A stretch of DNA of 64,000 nt from Candidatus Woesebacteria bacterium UBA1430 (GTDB lineage Bacteria > Patescibacteriota > Microgenomatia > UBA8517), in contig DCTW01000004.1 in the NCBI GenBank assembly GCA_002329465.1, positions 2,933 to 66,932 of the forward strand, read 5' to 3'. Within the stretch, counting starts at the first letter, position 1. Each line of letters opens with the position of its first letter. Both the position numbers and the translations under genes were made by a program. Shown one piece after another: positions 1-10,125 of this stretch. A model generated the notes under the pieces. The model was not told the origin of the DNA, did no database searches, and saw only the letters and a program-made list of their open reading frames with translations.

Positions 1-923
1 AAAAAAATAACCACAGCGCCCTTTTTGTACTTTACGCCACCAAGGTAATCCATCACTTCAGGACTTCCCCCAAAATGCTTTCCCGTCCAAGCAGCAGGCC
101 CGGAATCGGCAATCGAAGCGACCAACGCTTTTCCATTTTCAGGATTTACAATCAACACCTTTCTGTATTTGTACCAATCCTTCAAATATTTCGCGCGCGT
201 ATTCCAATCCGGAAGATAAAGCGTCTGAACAACCGCATACCACTTTTCAACCTCACGAAGATCATCACTAAGCTTTTCCCTTGAAGGAGCAAAATATCCC
301 CACGCGCCAAGTCCGGGAGCAATGCCCTCCTTTACAATTTCTTGCGGGTTATCAGACCCGTACTCACCCTCTCGCGGCAGGTGATCAGCCAATCTATCCC
401 CAGGGTATCTTTTTAAATGCTGCTCCGCACCAATATACCCGTAAGTAGTATTAAGGTGCTCTCCCTCAAGCGTAGCCCGCGCAGGTACACCAATAATATC
501 CTCAAAAACCCGCTCCAAATATTTTTCCTCTATTCTTGATAAAGGTCGAGGTTTCTTTGGTAAAAGCTTTGAAAGCGCATCAACAACACTCTCCTCGGGC
601 ATGGCTATGGGCACGCTCTTTTCATCTCTAAGCCCTTCAATAACAAATTCTTCGGGATTTAGCCCGTCCTTCAAAGAAGTAGGGGGCGACAATAAGAGAG
701 AACCCGCAAGCGCCCCTGCACCAACAAGCTTTGCCGAATTTTCCCTAATCCTTGATATATCAAACCCCTTTGACTTTAAATAACTATCAGCTTTTGTATA
801 TTTCTCGCCAAAAGACTTTTTGGTATCAAAGCTTTTTAACTTTAATTTTTCCCGAATATTCTCAAAATCATACTTTACTATTTCATCCTTAACCTTAACA
901 ATCTCATTGTTTTTCTTTTTCAT
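1..923 (-). CDS. hypothetical protein, N-terminal 307 codons (3' end lies beyond window start)
   Basis: Absent from the ORF track because it has no stop in the window. I checked the minus-strand frame triplet by triplet from the ATG at 923-921 down to position 3 and found no stop. The ATG overlaps the gltX stop (ATGA). The product MKKKNNEIVKVKDEIV... has one hydrophobic segment (AGALAGSLLLSPP) and a SIADSGPAAWTGKHFGGSPEVMDYLG motif. No family can be assigned by eye. Confidence 0.6.
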   Translation of the reverse strand, partial: MKKKNNEIVKVKDEIVKYDFENIREKLKLKSFDTKKSFGEKYTKADSYLKSKGFDISRIRENSAKLVGAGALAGSLLLSPPTSLKDGLNPEEFVIEGLRDEKSVPIAMPEESVVDALSKLLPKKPRPLSRIEEKYLERVFEDIIGVPARATLEGEHLNTTYGYIGAEQHLKRYPGDRLADHLPREGEYGSDNPQEIVKEGIAPGLGAWGYFAPSREKLSDDLREVEKWYAVVQTLYLPDWNTRAKYLKDWYKYRKVLIVNPENGKALVASIADSGPAAWTGKHFGGSPEVMDYLGGVKYKKGAVVIF

Positions 924-2182
924 TTTAGCGACAAAGAAAGCCTCTCTAGCACCTCGTCCTTTCCAAGAATATAAATACAATCATTAATCGGTGGAGTCAC
1001 TCGACTTCCGGACAACGAAGCCCTTAAATCCATAAAAAAGTCTCCGGTCTTAAACCCTTCAGACTTAACTTTATTAATAAGACCCTCATCAATTGCTTGT
1101 CTTTCCCATTTTTTTATCCCGGAAAGAGCATCAAAAGCAGCCTTTATATGCCACTCAAAACTATCCGTTACTCTCAAGGGTTTTTTGCGTTCAAACATAA
1201 ATCCCGCCAACGATTCAAACTCAGTAAGATTCCTCATTCTGTTCTGAACCAAAGGAATTATCCTGCTAATCAACTCCTTCGGATATTTCCCTTTATAAAA
1301 TTCAAATATTTGGTTTTTTACTTTTGATTTCGGGATTTTCCTCAAGTATTCACCATTAATCCAATTAAGCTTCTCCGTATCAAAAATCGGCCCCGCTTTC
1401 CTAACTCTCTCAAGGTTAAAAAGCTCAACAAACTCACCCAAATCAAATATTTCCTTCTCCTTTGGGTGAGACCACCCAAGAAGACAGAGAAAATTTACCA
1501 AGGCTTGGGGCAAATATCCGTGAGATCTAAAAATCCTAAGGTCAACTGGATCCCTTCTTTTTGAAAGCTTTTTTTTGTCCTTATTTCTCAAAGTAGGAAG
1601 ATGGGCAAAAAAAGGCATTTTTTCCCCCAAAGCTTGATAAATTGCAATTTGCCTCGGAGTATTTGAAATATGCTCCTCTCCGCGAATTACATGAGTTATC
1701 TTCATCAAAATATCATCAATAACAACAGCAAAATTATAAGTAGGAAACCCGTCGGACTTAAAAATAACAAAATCGCCTATTTCTTCACCGGGAAAGGATA
1801 TTCTGCCTCGAACCTTATCATTCCAGGAAATCTCCGAGTTCGTATTCTTAAACCTTACCGCCCCCTCATCACGGTAAGCCATACCACTATCCAAAAGCCG
1901 CTCAATATACTGTTTATAAGTTTCAAGCCGTTCGGATTGTTTGTATGGCGCATATTTCCCGCCAATATCAGGTCCCTCATCCCAAGTTAAGCCAAGCCAG
2001 GTTAATCCCTCATAGATCGCCTTTTCAGCGCCCTCAACATTTCTTTTAATATCCGTATCCTCAAGCCGAAGCACAAATTTCCCGCCATTTTTTTTAGCAA
2101 AAGCATAATTAAACAAAGCAGTATAGGCAGTACCTACATGAGCAAATCCAGTTGGCGAAGGCGCTATCCTTACTCTTACCAT
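920..2182 (-). CDS. gltX: glutamyl-tRNA synthetase (short, 420 aa)
   Basis: N-terminus VRVRIAPSPTGFAHVGTAYTALFNYAFAKK carries a class I HIGH-type motif, and a KLSKR (KMSKS-type) motif is present. This is typical GluRS catalytic core sequence. Confidence 0.9.
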   Translation of the reverse strand: MVRVRIAPSPTGFAHVGTAYTALFNYAFAKKNGGKFVLRLEDTDIKRNVEGAEKAIYEGLTWLGLTWDEGPDIGGKYAPYKQSERLETYKQYIERLLDSGMAYRDEGAVRFKNTNSEISWNDKVRGRISFPGEEIGDFVIFKSDGFPTYNFAVVIDDILMKITHVIRGEEHISNTPRQIAIYQALGEKMPFFAHLPTLRNKDKKKLSKRRDPVDLRIFRSHGYLPQALVNFLCLLGWSHPKEKEIFDLGEFVELFNLERVRKAGPIFDTEKLNWINGEYLRKIPKSKVKNQIFEFYKGKYPKELISRIIPLVQNRMRNLTEFESLAGFMFERKKPLRVTDSFEWHIKAAFDALSGIKKWERQAIDEGLINKVKSEGFKTGDFFMDLRASLSGSRVTPPINDCIYILGKDEVLERLSLSLK

Positions 2183-2226
2183 TTCAATTGAATTCTACCA
2201 TCTGTTAAAGTTATACTCAAAGATAT

Positions 2227-3309
2227 ATGGCCACTAAATTAACAAATATTGCTATAAAAACAAGAAAATCAATAAGATACGGTATCTACTTCATGATTTT
2301 TATAATCATCGCACGATTTGCCATAAATACAGGCAATAACTTAAGACTCAAACTCTTCCCTCCCGCGCCTCCGCCGCCAACGGTTGGCTTCAGCCGCCTT
2401 CCACAAATACCATTCCCCGAAAAAGATGCTTCGATTCCCTCTCTCACCTTTACCGTAGAAACATCAACGGGCACTCTTCCTGATTTCCCTATCTCTATGC
2501 CCGTTTATTATATGCCCAAATCTTCGGCAAACCTAAACTCAGTTGACATCGCCAAAGAAAAAGCAAAAGCACTAGGCTTTAGCCCGAATCCAACGGAAAT
2601 AAGCTCCACACTCTATAGATTTAGCCACCCACAAGTACCGGCTTCAATGGAAATGAATATAATAACAGGCACCTTTTCCACAAGCTATAATTTAGCGGCA
2701 GACCCGTCTCCCTTAAACAACAAACCGCCATTTCCCGAAACTGCCCAAGATATAACAAAAAGCACATTAAGTAGAGCCGGCAGTCTTCCCGAAGATCTCA
2801 CTGTTTTTGGCAACGCACAATTTCTAAAACTGGAAAACCAAAAACTTGTAAGCGCCCTGTCTCTTTCGGAGGCAAACTTCGTCAAAGTAAACTTGTTTAG
2901 AAAATCATTCGGTCAAGAAGGGCAATACAAAAGCTTAACAAAAAATCCGCTCGAAGCAAACGTCTGGTTTATAATAAGCGGCGCAAGGGAAACTGAAAAA
3001 AGAATAATAGGTTCCGAATTCCACTACTATCCAATAGATGAAGAGCAAAACGAAACATACCCCATCAAAACAAGCCAGGAAGCACTTGATGATCTTAAAA
3101 ATGGCAAGGGCTATATCGCAAGCCTCGGCCTCAACAAAGAAGGCGTTATCACAATAAGAAATATTTATCTCGCATATTACGATCCAAACGTCCCCTCGCA
3201 ATTTTTCCAACCCATAGTTGTATTTGAAGGAGACGGAGGATTTGTAGGTTATGTTCCCGCTGTTAGCTCCGACTATTACGGCGAAATCGAAGCCGGAGCC
3301 GATGGATAA
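2227..3309 (+). CDS. hypothetical membrane-anchored protein
   Basis: 360-aa ORF with an N-terminal hydrophobic helix (YGIYFMIFIIIARFAI) followed by a proline run (PPAPPPPT). No recognisable catalytic motif. Its 3' end overlaps the convergent carboxypeptidase gene by 34 nt. Confidence 0.55.
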   Translation: MATKLTNIAIKTRKSIRYGIYFMIFIIIARFAINTGNNLRLKLFPPAPPPPTVGFSRLPQIPFPEKDASIPSLTFTVETSTGTLPDFPISMPVYYMPKSSANLNSVDIAKEKAKALGFSPNPTEISSTLYRFSHPQVPASMEMNIITGTFSTSYNLAADPSPLNNKPPFPETAQDITKSTLSRAGSLPEDLTVFGNAQFLKLENQKLVSALSLSEANFVKVNLFRKSFGQEGQYKSLTKNPLEANVWFIISGARETEKRIIGSEFHYYPIDEEQNETYPIKTSQEALDDLKNGKGYIASLGLNKEGVITIRNIYLAYYDPNVPSQFFQPIVVFEGDGGFVGYVPAVSSDYYGEIEAGADG

Positions 3310-4214
3310 ACCCATTTATAATTTTCAAATATAAACTCAATAAGCTCCCTCGTTTCTCCAAATCTATCCTGGCTGCCCATCAGTGAAATCAATACACGCC
3401 TGCCGTCACGATTTACATAAGTAACCAAATTCTCCCTTGCATTCTCCGTCCACCCTGTTTTTACTCCCAACACACCATCTACCTCTCCAAGAAGCTCGTT
3501 CAAATTAGTAAGTCTATGCACTACGGTTCCATCAATACTTGTAACAGTCTTTGACTCCGTAGAAACTATTTCCGAAAAAATAGGATTATCAAGAGCAAAC
3601 TCCGTTAAAGTAACAAGGTCGCGTGCCGTAGAAAAGTGGTTAACCTCATCCAACCCCGAAGGATTTGAAAAATAAGTATTTTTAAGCCCCAAGGCTTTTG
3701 CTCGCCTATTCATTTCATAAACAAATCCGTCTCTCCCGTTTGGAAAATGGTTTGCCAACGCCTCGGCAGCATCATTGCCGGAAAAAATCAAAAGTCCATC
3801 CAAAAGATCCCGCACAGCAATCTCCTCTCCCGCAATAAGTCCCATTTTTTGGCCGGGAATATATTCTCCGTTTATTCTGACTCGCTCACCTGTTGAATAA
3901 TTCTCAATCGCAACCAAAGCAGTCATTATCTTAGTTGTAGAAGCCGGAAAAAAGGCTATATCGGAATTCTTTTCAAAAAGAGAAATTCTGGAATCAAGAT
4001 CAATCGCGTAAACCCCCCACGCAGAAAGTACAGGAAAAGATACTTTACCTTTAAGCGTTGGTATCGGGCTAAGGTCATATCTCGGTTCATAAACAATCTC
4101 CCGATTTAGACTTTTTGCAAACGAACTGCTCGAAAACGCAAACGAAGCCACAAATATAAAAGAGGCCATAGAAAAATACAAAAGTTTATTCTTTAAATAT
4201 TGAAAAAACGTCAT
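3276..4214 (-). CDS. D-alanyl-D-alanine carboxypeptidase (serine-type, PBP5-like)
   Basis: Signal/anchor sequence at the N-terminus. Penicillin-binding motifs are present: SxxK (ASTTKIMTA), SxN (FSGND) and KTG (VKTGWT). Confidence 0.8.
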   Translation of the reverse strand: MTFFQYLKNKLLYFSMASFIFVASFAFSSSSFAKSLNREIVYEPRYDLSPIPTLKGKVSFPVLSAWGVYAIDLDSRISLFEKNSDIAFFPASTTKIMTALVAIENYSTGERVRINGEYIPGQKMGLIAGEEIAVRDLLDGLLIFSGNDAAEALANHFPNGRDGFVYEMNRRAKALGLKNTYFSNPSGLDEVNHFSTARDLVTLTEFALDNPIFSEIVSTESKTVTSIDGTVVHRLTNLNELLGEVDGVLGVKTGWTENARENLVTYVNRDGRRVLISLMGSQDRFGETRELIEFIFENYKWVYPSAPASISP

Positions 4215-5620
4215 TTTTCGGATTTTACTTCTATACCCAACTCAGATAATTGCTTCTCGTCCGCACCGCTTGGAGCATCCATTACGGCGGTTTGTCCTCC
4301 AGATGTAGCCGGAAAAGCTATAACCTCCCTGATACTCGGTTCACCCAAAGCAACATAAATAAACCTATCAATCCCCGGAGCAATCCCGCCATGTGGAGGC
4401 ACGCCGTAAGTAAAAGCCGTCAGCATATGCTCAAACTGATCCCGCTGCTTCTTGCTAAATCCAATAAGTTCAAACACCTTTTCCTGAATCTTTGCATCAT
4501 GAATTCGCACACTTCCTCCCCCCACCTCAAAACCGTTCAAAATCATGTCATGCTGCAGCCCTCTTACTCTCATTGGATCTTTATCCAAAAGGGTAAAATC
4601 ATCAGGATGAGGCGCCGTAAACATGTGATGGCTTGGAGCAAAGCGCGCTTCACCCGATCCGTAGAAATAATCATCCTCACTCTGTTTCGCAAACAAAGGA
4701 AAATCAACTATCCAGGCAAAAGCCAGCTCATCTTTATCCTCTTTGTTTTTTCTCAAATCAGGTTTATCACTCCCGTATTTTTCAATAGCTTCTTTATGGG
4801 AAATTCTAGGCCAAGGAAATTGAGTAATTTTTTTATGAGGAAATATTTTCTTCACTAATTGAGTAAATAACTCCTCCGTTAATCTTAAAATATCCTCCTG
4901 TTTAACAAAACTCATTTCTATATCAAGCTGTGTAAATTCGCCATATGCGCGATCTGCCCTAGGATCTTCATCGCGAAAACAGCGCGCAATCTGAAAATAC
5001 TTTTCAAAACCAGCAATCATCAAAAGTTGTTTATATTGCTGAGGAGACTGGGGTAAAGCATAAAACTTTCCAGGCTGAAGCCTTGAGGGAACCAAAAAAT
5101 CCCTTGCCCCCTCCGGAGTTGTCTTTGTCAATATCGGCGTCTCAACCTCCACAAACTCCCTTTCATGCAGCCATTCACGGATAAATTGCACTGCCTTTGA
5201 CCGCACTCTAATATTCCGAGCCATTCTTGCTCTTCGAAGATCCAAATACCGGTACTTCATCCTCACGGATTCGTCAATTTCATATCCATCGGTTGTTAAA
5301 GGAATAGGTATCTCACCGGCAGGAGATAAAACATTAATTTCTTTAACCTCTATCTCGATATCTCCCGTCTCAAGATTCGGATTTATTAATTTCTCAGGCC
5401 GCTTTTTAACTAATCCAGTAATCTCAATAACGCTTTCAAGAGTAATCTTTTGACTAAAATCCTTAGGATCTAACACACACTGTACTACCCCGCTCATATC
5501 CCTTAGATCGATAAAAACCACGCGCTTATGCTCCCTTATCTTATCCACCCACCCCATAAGTAGAACTTTTTTATCTTTTTTCGAAACGCTTCTTTTTACA
5601 AGTATTCTCTGCATATTCAC
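4211..5620 (-). CDS. aspS: aspartyl-tRNA synthetase, bacterial-type core lacking the GAD insertion domain
   Basis: N-terminal OB fold (VLLMGWVDKIREHKRVVFIDLRD) and class II motifs (FRDEDPRADR, GGGSVRIH, GIAPGIDR). Only about 10 residues separate SDKPDLR from AFAWIVDFPLF, the position where bacterial AspRS carries the GAD domain. Confidence 0.9.
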   Translation of the reverse strand: MNMQRILVKRSVSKKDKKVLLMGWVDKIREHKRVVFIDLRDMSGVVQCVLDPKDFSQKITLESVIEITGLVKKRPEKLINPNLETGDIEIEVKEINVLSPAGEIPIPLTTDGYEIDESVRMKYRYLDLRRARMARNIRVRSKAVQFIREWLHEREFVEVETPILTKTTPEGARDFLVPSRLQPGKFYALPQSPQQYKQLLMIAGFEKYFQIARCFRDEDPRADRAYGEFTQLDIEMSFVKQEDILRLTEELFTQLVKKIFPHKKITQFPWPRISHKEAIEKYGSDKPDLRKNKEDKDELAFAWIVDFPLFAKQSEDDYFYGSGEARFAPSHHMFTAPHPDDFTLLDKDPMRVRGLQHDMILNGFEVGGGSVRIHDAKIQEKVFELIGFSKKQRDQFEHMLTAFTYGVPPHGGIAPGIDRFIYVALGEPSIREVIAFPATSGGQTAVMDAPSGADEKQLSELGIEVKSEK

Positions 5621-5660
5621 CCAAGCTTCTTCCTGATTGTAAGTTTAGCGGCTCTCCGAG

Positions 5661-7139
5661 TCAATATTCCTTTTTAATGGCGCGTATAGCAGTATTAGTC
5701 ACCACAAAATCAAGCCACCTTTTATTTGGTTTACCGGGATTTTTTGCCTTAATTATTTCACAAACATCACCGCTTTTAAGCTCATAATCCAAAGCTACAA
5801 TATGGCCATTCACTCGGGCTCCCTTAATATATTTCCCCAAGCCGGTATGAACGGCGTATGCAAAATCTACAGGTGTCGCGCCACTAGGAAGATCATACAC
5901 ATCGCCCTTTGGAGAAAAAACAAAATTTCTGTGTTTGAAAAAATCAAGCTTCACAAAATTCAAAAATTCTTTACTATCTTTTACTTCTTCCTGCCACTTT
6001 GCAAGCTGCTTCACCCAAACAAGCTTATCCACTGGAACACTTACCCCATGCTTTTCTAAAACCTCATCCCGCGCTCCTTTTGCCTTTGCCTCAGAATACG
6101 CCCAATGAGCAGCCAAACCATACTCAGCCTGATAATTCATTCTTTTAGTTCTAATTTGCACTTCAACTATCCTTCCACCCGGACCGAATACTTTCGTGTG
6201 TATAGATCTATAGCCATTTGGCTTTGGTTGTGCGATAAAATCACTTACCCCGACATGAGGCACTGGCTTATAAATTGAATGAATTATTCCAAGCACCACA
6301 TAGCACGATGAAATAGTATCTACAATTACCCTCATCGCCACAATGTCATAAACCTTATCAAAATTCCAGTCAATCTCACGCCTCTCAAGCTTCTTCCATA
6401 AAGAATAAAGATGCTTCTTTCTCGCATGTATATCAACGTCTTCAATCCCAGCCCTTGCAAGCTCCTTTAATATCTCCCTCCTCATAGATTCGATATGCTT
6501 TTCCACCTTACGATAAAAAGGTTTTGATTTCTGAAAAACCTCCTTATATTCCTTAGGATAAACGTAAGGAAAAGCACAATCTTCAAGCTCTGCTTTTATC
6601 TCACCCATACCCAAACGCTCGGCAAGCGGAGCAAACACTTCAAGCGTCTCCGAAGCTATTTTAACCCTTTTACCATCAGGTAAAGGTTCCAATGTCCTCA
6701 TATTATGAACCCGATCGGCAAGCTTAAGAAGCACCACCCTCAAGTCTTTAGCCATTACTAAAAACATTTTTCTTAAATTCTCTACAAACTCCTGTTCATG
6801 GCTTCCCTTCAATCTAACATTGGAAACCTTTGTCACACCGTCAACTAAAAAGGCTACATCGCTACCAAACTCCTTCGATACCTCCTCAATCTTAATTCCA
6901 CAATCCTCGACAACATCATGCAAAACTCCGGCAACTATAGTATCCTGATCAAGCTTCCACTCACAAAGAAGCTTAGCCACCTCAACAACGTGCGAAACAT
7001 AGTCCTCTCCGGTTTTTCTTTTTTGCCCGTAATGGCTTATTTCGGCAAATTCATACGCCTTCTTTAGTACATCTAAGTCAATAGATATATCATTTTCCTT
7101 AACTTTATAAATCAAATCATCCAAATAGTTAATTTTCAT
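5661..7139 (-). CDS. spoT: RelA/SpoT homolog, (p)ppGpp synthetase/hydrolase (HD + synthetase + TGS only)
   Basis: HD hydrolase motifs (HYGQKRKTGEDYVSHV, LHDVVED), a synthetase core (YRSIHT, EVQIRT) and a TGS-like region (VFSPKGDVYDLPSGATPVDFAYAVH). The protein ends about 60 aa after TGS. Confidence 0.85.
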   Translation of the reverse strand: MKINYLDDLIYKVKENDISIDLDVLKKAYEFAEISHYGQKRKTGEDYVSHVVEVAKLLCEWKLDQDTIVAGVLHDVVEDCGIKIEEVSKEFGSDVAFLVDGVTKVSNVRLKGSHEQEFVENLRKMFLVMAKDLRVVLLKLADRVHNMRTLEPLPDGKRVKIASETLEVFAPLAERLGMGEIKAELEDCAFPYVYPKEYKEVFQKSKPFYRKVEKHIESMRREILKELARAGIEDVDIHARKKHLYSLWKKLERREIDWNFDKVYDIVAMRVIVDTISSCYVVLGIIHSIYKPVPHVGVSDFIAQPKPNGYRSIHTKVFGPGGRIVEVQIRTKRMNYQAEYGLAAHWAYSEAKAKGARDEVLEKHGVSVPVDKLVWVKQLAKWQEEVKDSKEFLNFVKLDFFKHRNFVFSPKGDVYDLPSGATPVDFAYAVHTGLGKYIKGARVNGHIVALDYELKSGDVCEIIKAKNPGKPNKRWLDFVVTNTAIRAIKKEY

Positions 7140-8758
7140 AAATCCGATACCCTCACGTCCTTTATATTTAGCTGTATTTCCTCATGTCCATTCCATGAAT
7201 TTTTTTCAATCCCGTACACCAAATCAATCTTTCCATCCTCGTCTATTTTTATATCACCAAATCCAAAAGCAATCGCGCTATACTCACGCCCGTCTCGGCC
7301 AAGCTTAAATTTTAAATGTTTTCCATCCTTGCCTACTGCCTTTTTCTCAACAATGCACACCTTTCGCGTCAAAAAGCTGGGCCTTGGATTTCCAAGTCCT
7401 AAAGGTTCGAAATCTTCAATTCTTTCCTGCAATTCCCAATTTATATCATCAAACCCTATCTCCAGATCAACCCTAAGCGTTTTTCGAAGTATATCATCAT
7501 TAAGAAAATCTTTTGCAAAATCATTAAACTCATCTATAAATTTGTCAACATCTTCGCTACGGATAGTAAACCCGGCAGCCATGGGATGCCCCCCACCCGA
7601 GACCAAATAATTATCAAATTTTCTAATACTCTCAATTATATTAAAACCTGCAATCGATCTCGCCGAAGCTTTTGAAAGTATTTTTCCCTTTGAAATAACA
7701 ATACTCGGCCTATAAAACTCTTCAACAAGATTGGAAGCAATAAGCCCAATTATTCCCTCATGAAAGCTCTCGTGAGAAACGGCAATTATTCCACCGGGAT
7801 CCAATGAAACCATTTCCTTTGCAACTGAGTATGATTCTTCCACAACTTTTTGCCTTTTCGTGTTCATCTCATTTAAAAGCATCGCCAAGCTCTTTGCTTT
7901 CTTGGAATCTTTTGTACAAATTAGCCTCAGCGAATCAAGCGAATGACTCATTCTACCCATAGCGTTTAACCTTGGAGCAATTATAAAACCCACATGGTAA
8001 GCGTTAATAGAATCAGTTTCAAGCGCCGCTTGCTCAAACAACGCAATAAGTCCTTCGCGTTTTGTCATAGAAAGATCGGCTAAGCCGTATTTAACAATAG
8101 ACCGGTTAACAGACAAAAGAGGCATTTGATCTGATATTGTACCAATGGCAGCAAGCTCAAGCCAATCACCTTTTATAAGTTTATTTGCCAAAACATAAGC
8201 CACCCCCGATCCACAAATTTTTGTACTGTGAACAAAAGAGTGTGCTTTAGGCTTCTTTTCTCCAGGCTGATGGTGATCTGTAACAATAACGTCAATCCCA
8301 TTTTCTTTTGCATAAGAAATAGCCTCATTTGCAGTAATTCCGTTGTCCACCGTTATTAATAATGATAAATCCGGATATTTCTTAAGCAAAATATCTATAC
8401 TAGACGTACTCATCCCATACCCTTCCGAAAATCTATCGGGTATATAAGGCATTACATTAGCACCCAGCTTGTAAAGAGCCTCCCAAACGATTGCAGTCGC
8501 GGCAATTCCATCCGCATCGTAATCTCCGAAAACGACAATTTTATCCTTTCTGAAAAGAGCCTTTTTAATTCGCTTAATTGCCTCCTCAAACATCACTGGA
8601 TCAATCCCATACTCTTCCAGAGTTATCTCGTCAGGATGTCTCGGTTTAAAAAATTCTTTCCTCTCCTTTTTTGTTTTTATACCCCTGTTATCAAGAAGAG
8701 CATCAACAATGTCATTAGATTTTGACTTATTGATCACCTCCCACTTATATTCCCCCAT
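7136..8758 (-). CDS. recJ: single-stranded-DNA-specific exonuclease RecJ
   Basis: DHH family motifs (VFGDYDADG, ITVDNG, VTDHHQP) plus a DHHA1-type GGGHPMAAG motif. Confidence 0.85.
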   Translation of the reverse strand: MGEYKWEVINKSKSNDIVDALLDNRGIKTKKERKEFFKPRHPDEITLEEYGIDPVMFEEAIKRIKKALFRKDKIVVFGDYDADGIAATAIVWEALYKLGANVMPYIPDRFSEGYGMSTSSIDILLKKYPDLSLLITVDNGITANEAISYAKENGIDVIVTDHHQPGEKKPKAHSFVHSTKICGSGVAYVLANKLIKGDWLELAAIGTISDQMPLLSVNRSIVKYGLADLSMTKREGLIALFEQAALETDSINAYHVGFIIAPRLNAMGRMSHSLDSLRLICTKDSKKAKSLAMLLNEMNTKRQKVVEESYSVAKEMVSLDPGGIIAVSHESFHEGIIGLIASNLVEEFYRPSIVISKGKILSKASARSIAGFNIIESIRKFDNYLVSGGGHPMAAGFTIRSEDVDKFIDEFNDFAKDFLNDDILRKTLRVDLEIGFDDINWELQERIEDFEPLGLGNPRPSFLTRKVCIVEKKAVGKDGKHLKFKLGRDGREYSAIAFGFGDIKIDEDGKIDLVYGIEKNSWNGHEEIQLNIKDVRVSDL

Positions 8759-8775
8759 ATCGTATAATTTAGCAT

Positions 8776-10119
8776 ATGAAGATATCTTTGCCAGATGAAG
8801 TTACAAAAATTCTACGTAAACTAGACTCAAAAGGCTTTGAAGTTTACATAGTCGGAGGAGCCGTTAGAGACATTTTAATGGGCAAGATGGTAAACGACTG
8901 GGATTTCACAACAAACGCCACACCAGACAAAATTCTTAAAATATTCAAAAACGCATTTTACGACAATAAGTTCGGAACAGTCGGCATCCCAGCAAAAGAC
9001 CCCGATCTTAAACCCCATGAAATAACTACATTTAGAACGGAGGAGGGCTATTCCGATTCCCGCCGTCCCGATAAAATCAAGTGGGGTAAAAGTCTCACCG
9101 AAGACCTTACCCGCCGCGACTTTACCATCAACGCCATGGCTATTGACCCAAATACCCTCTCAATTATTGATCCGTTTAACGGACAAAAAGACATTCAAAA
9201 AAAATTAATAAGAGCCGTAGGTGACCCAAACGAACGCATAAAAGAAGATGCCCTTAGGCTTCTGCGCGCACTGCGTATAGCATCGCAGCTTGGATTTTCA
9301 GTCGAAGACGAAACCCTCAATGCAATTAAATCATCCGCCGCTTTAATAAATAAAATCGCCAAAGAAAGAATAAAAGACGAACTTTTTAAAATTCTAATTT
9401 CACCGAACCCGATTCAGGGTATTACGCTTATGAGAAAAACAAATCTCTTAGAAGAAATCCTCCCGGAAGCAGAAAAAATGTTTGGTGTAGATCAGGTTTC
9501 TCCGCAAAGGCATCATATCTACGATGTAGGAACCCATGCTCTAATGTCCCTTAAAAACCTAAGATCAAGGGATCCGATTGTTGCCTTAGCCACTTTTATC
9601 CACGACATAGGAAAACCTCAAACCTACAAAAAAACAGATCAAGGGGTAATCACTTTCTATAATCATGAAATAGTCGGGGCTAAAATTGCGAAAAACATTT
9701 CATCAAGACTAAGGCTATCAAAAAAGGAAGAGGAAAAACTCTACAAACTTGTGCGCTATCACCAATTCACAGTTGACGAAAACCAAAGCGATAAAGCAAT
9801 AAAAAGATTTATAAAAAAAGTAGGACTCGAAAATGTCGAGGATATGCTTGAATTAAGAAGGGCAGACAGGCTAGGAAGTGGTGCCCGCGAAACCTCATGG
9901 CGCACGGAGGAATTTAAAAAACGCCTCATTGAAGTACAAAAAACTCCATTTACAATCCACGATCTAAAAATAACAGGTCACGACGTAATGAAAGAACTTG
10001 GTATAAAACCCGGCCCAAAAGTAGGTAAAATCTTAGAAACACTTTTCAAAGAAGTCGAAGACAAAAAACTTGACAACAAAAGGGGTGAGCTTCTAAAAAG
10101 ACTAAAAGAGCTTGCTTAG
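8776..10119 (+). CDS. cca: CCA-adding enzyme / tRNA nucleotidyltransferase with HD domain
   Basis: PolyA-polymerase-family head (YIVGGAVRDILMGKMVNDWDFTT, RRDFTINAMA) followed by an HD domain (HHIYDVGTHAL, FIHDIGKP). Confidence 0.8.
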   Translation: MKISLPDEVTKILRKLDSKGFEVYIVGGAVRDILMGKMVNDWDFTTNATPDKILKIFKNAFYDNKFGTVGIPAKDPDLKPHEITTFRTEEGYSDSRRPDKIKWGKSLTEDLTRRDFTINAMAIDPNTLSIIDPFNGQKDIQKKLIRAVGDPNERIKEDALRLLRALRIASQLGFSVEDETLNAIKSSAALINKIAKERIKDELFKILISPNPIQGITLMRKTNLLEEILPEAEKMFGVDQVSPQRHHIYDVGTHALMSLKNLRSRDPIVALATFIHDIGKPQTYKKTDQGVITFYNHEIVGAKIAKNISSRLRLSKKEEEKLYKLVRYHQFTVDENQSDKAIKRFIKKVGLENVEDMLELRRADRLGSGARETSWRTEEFKKRLIEVQKTPFTIHDLKITGHDVMKELGIKPGPKVGKILETLFKEVEDKKLDNKRGELLKRLKELA

Positions 10120-10125
10120 CACTTT

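Noticed and set aside
75-783. Plus-strand ORFs 75-284 and 601-783.
   Set aside because: Both lie antisense to a continuous 307-codon minus-strand frame (1-923) that is coupled to gltX by an ATGA overlap.
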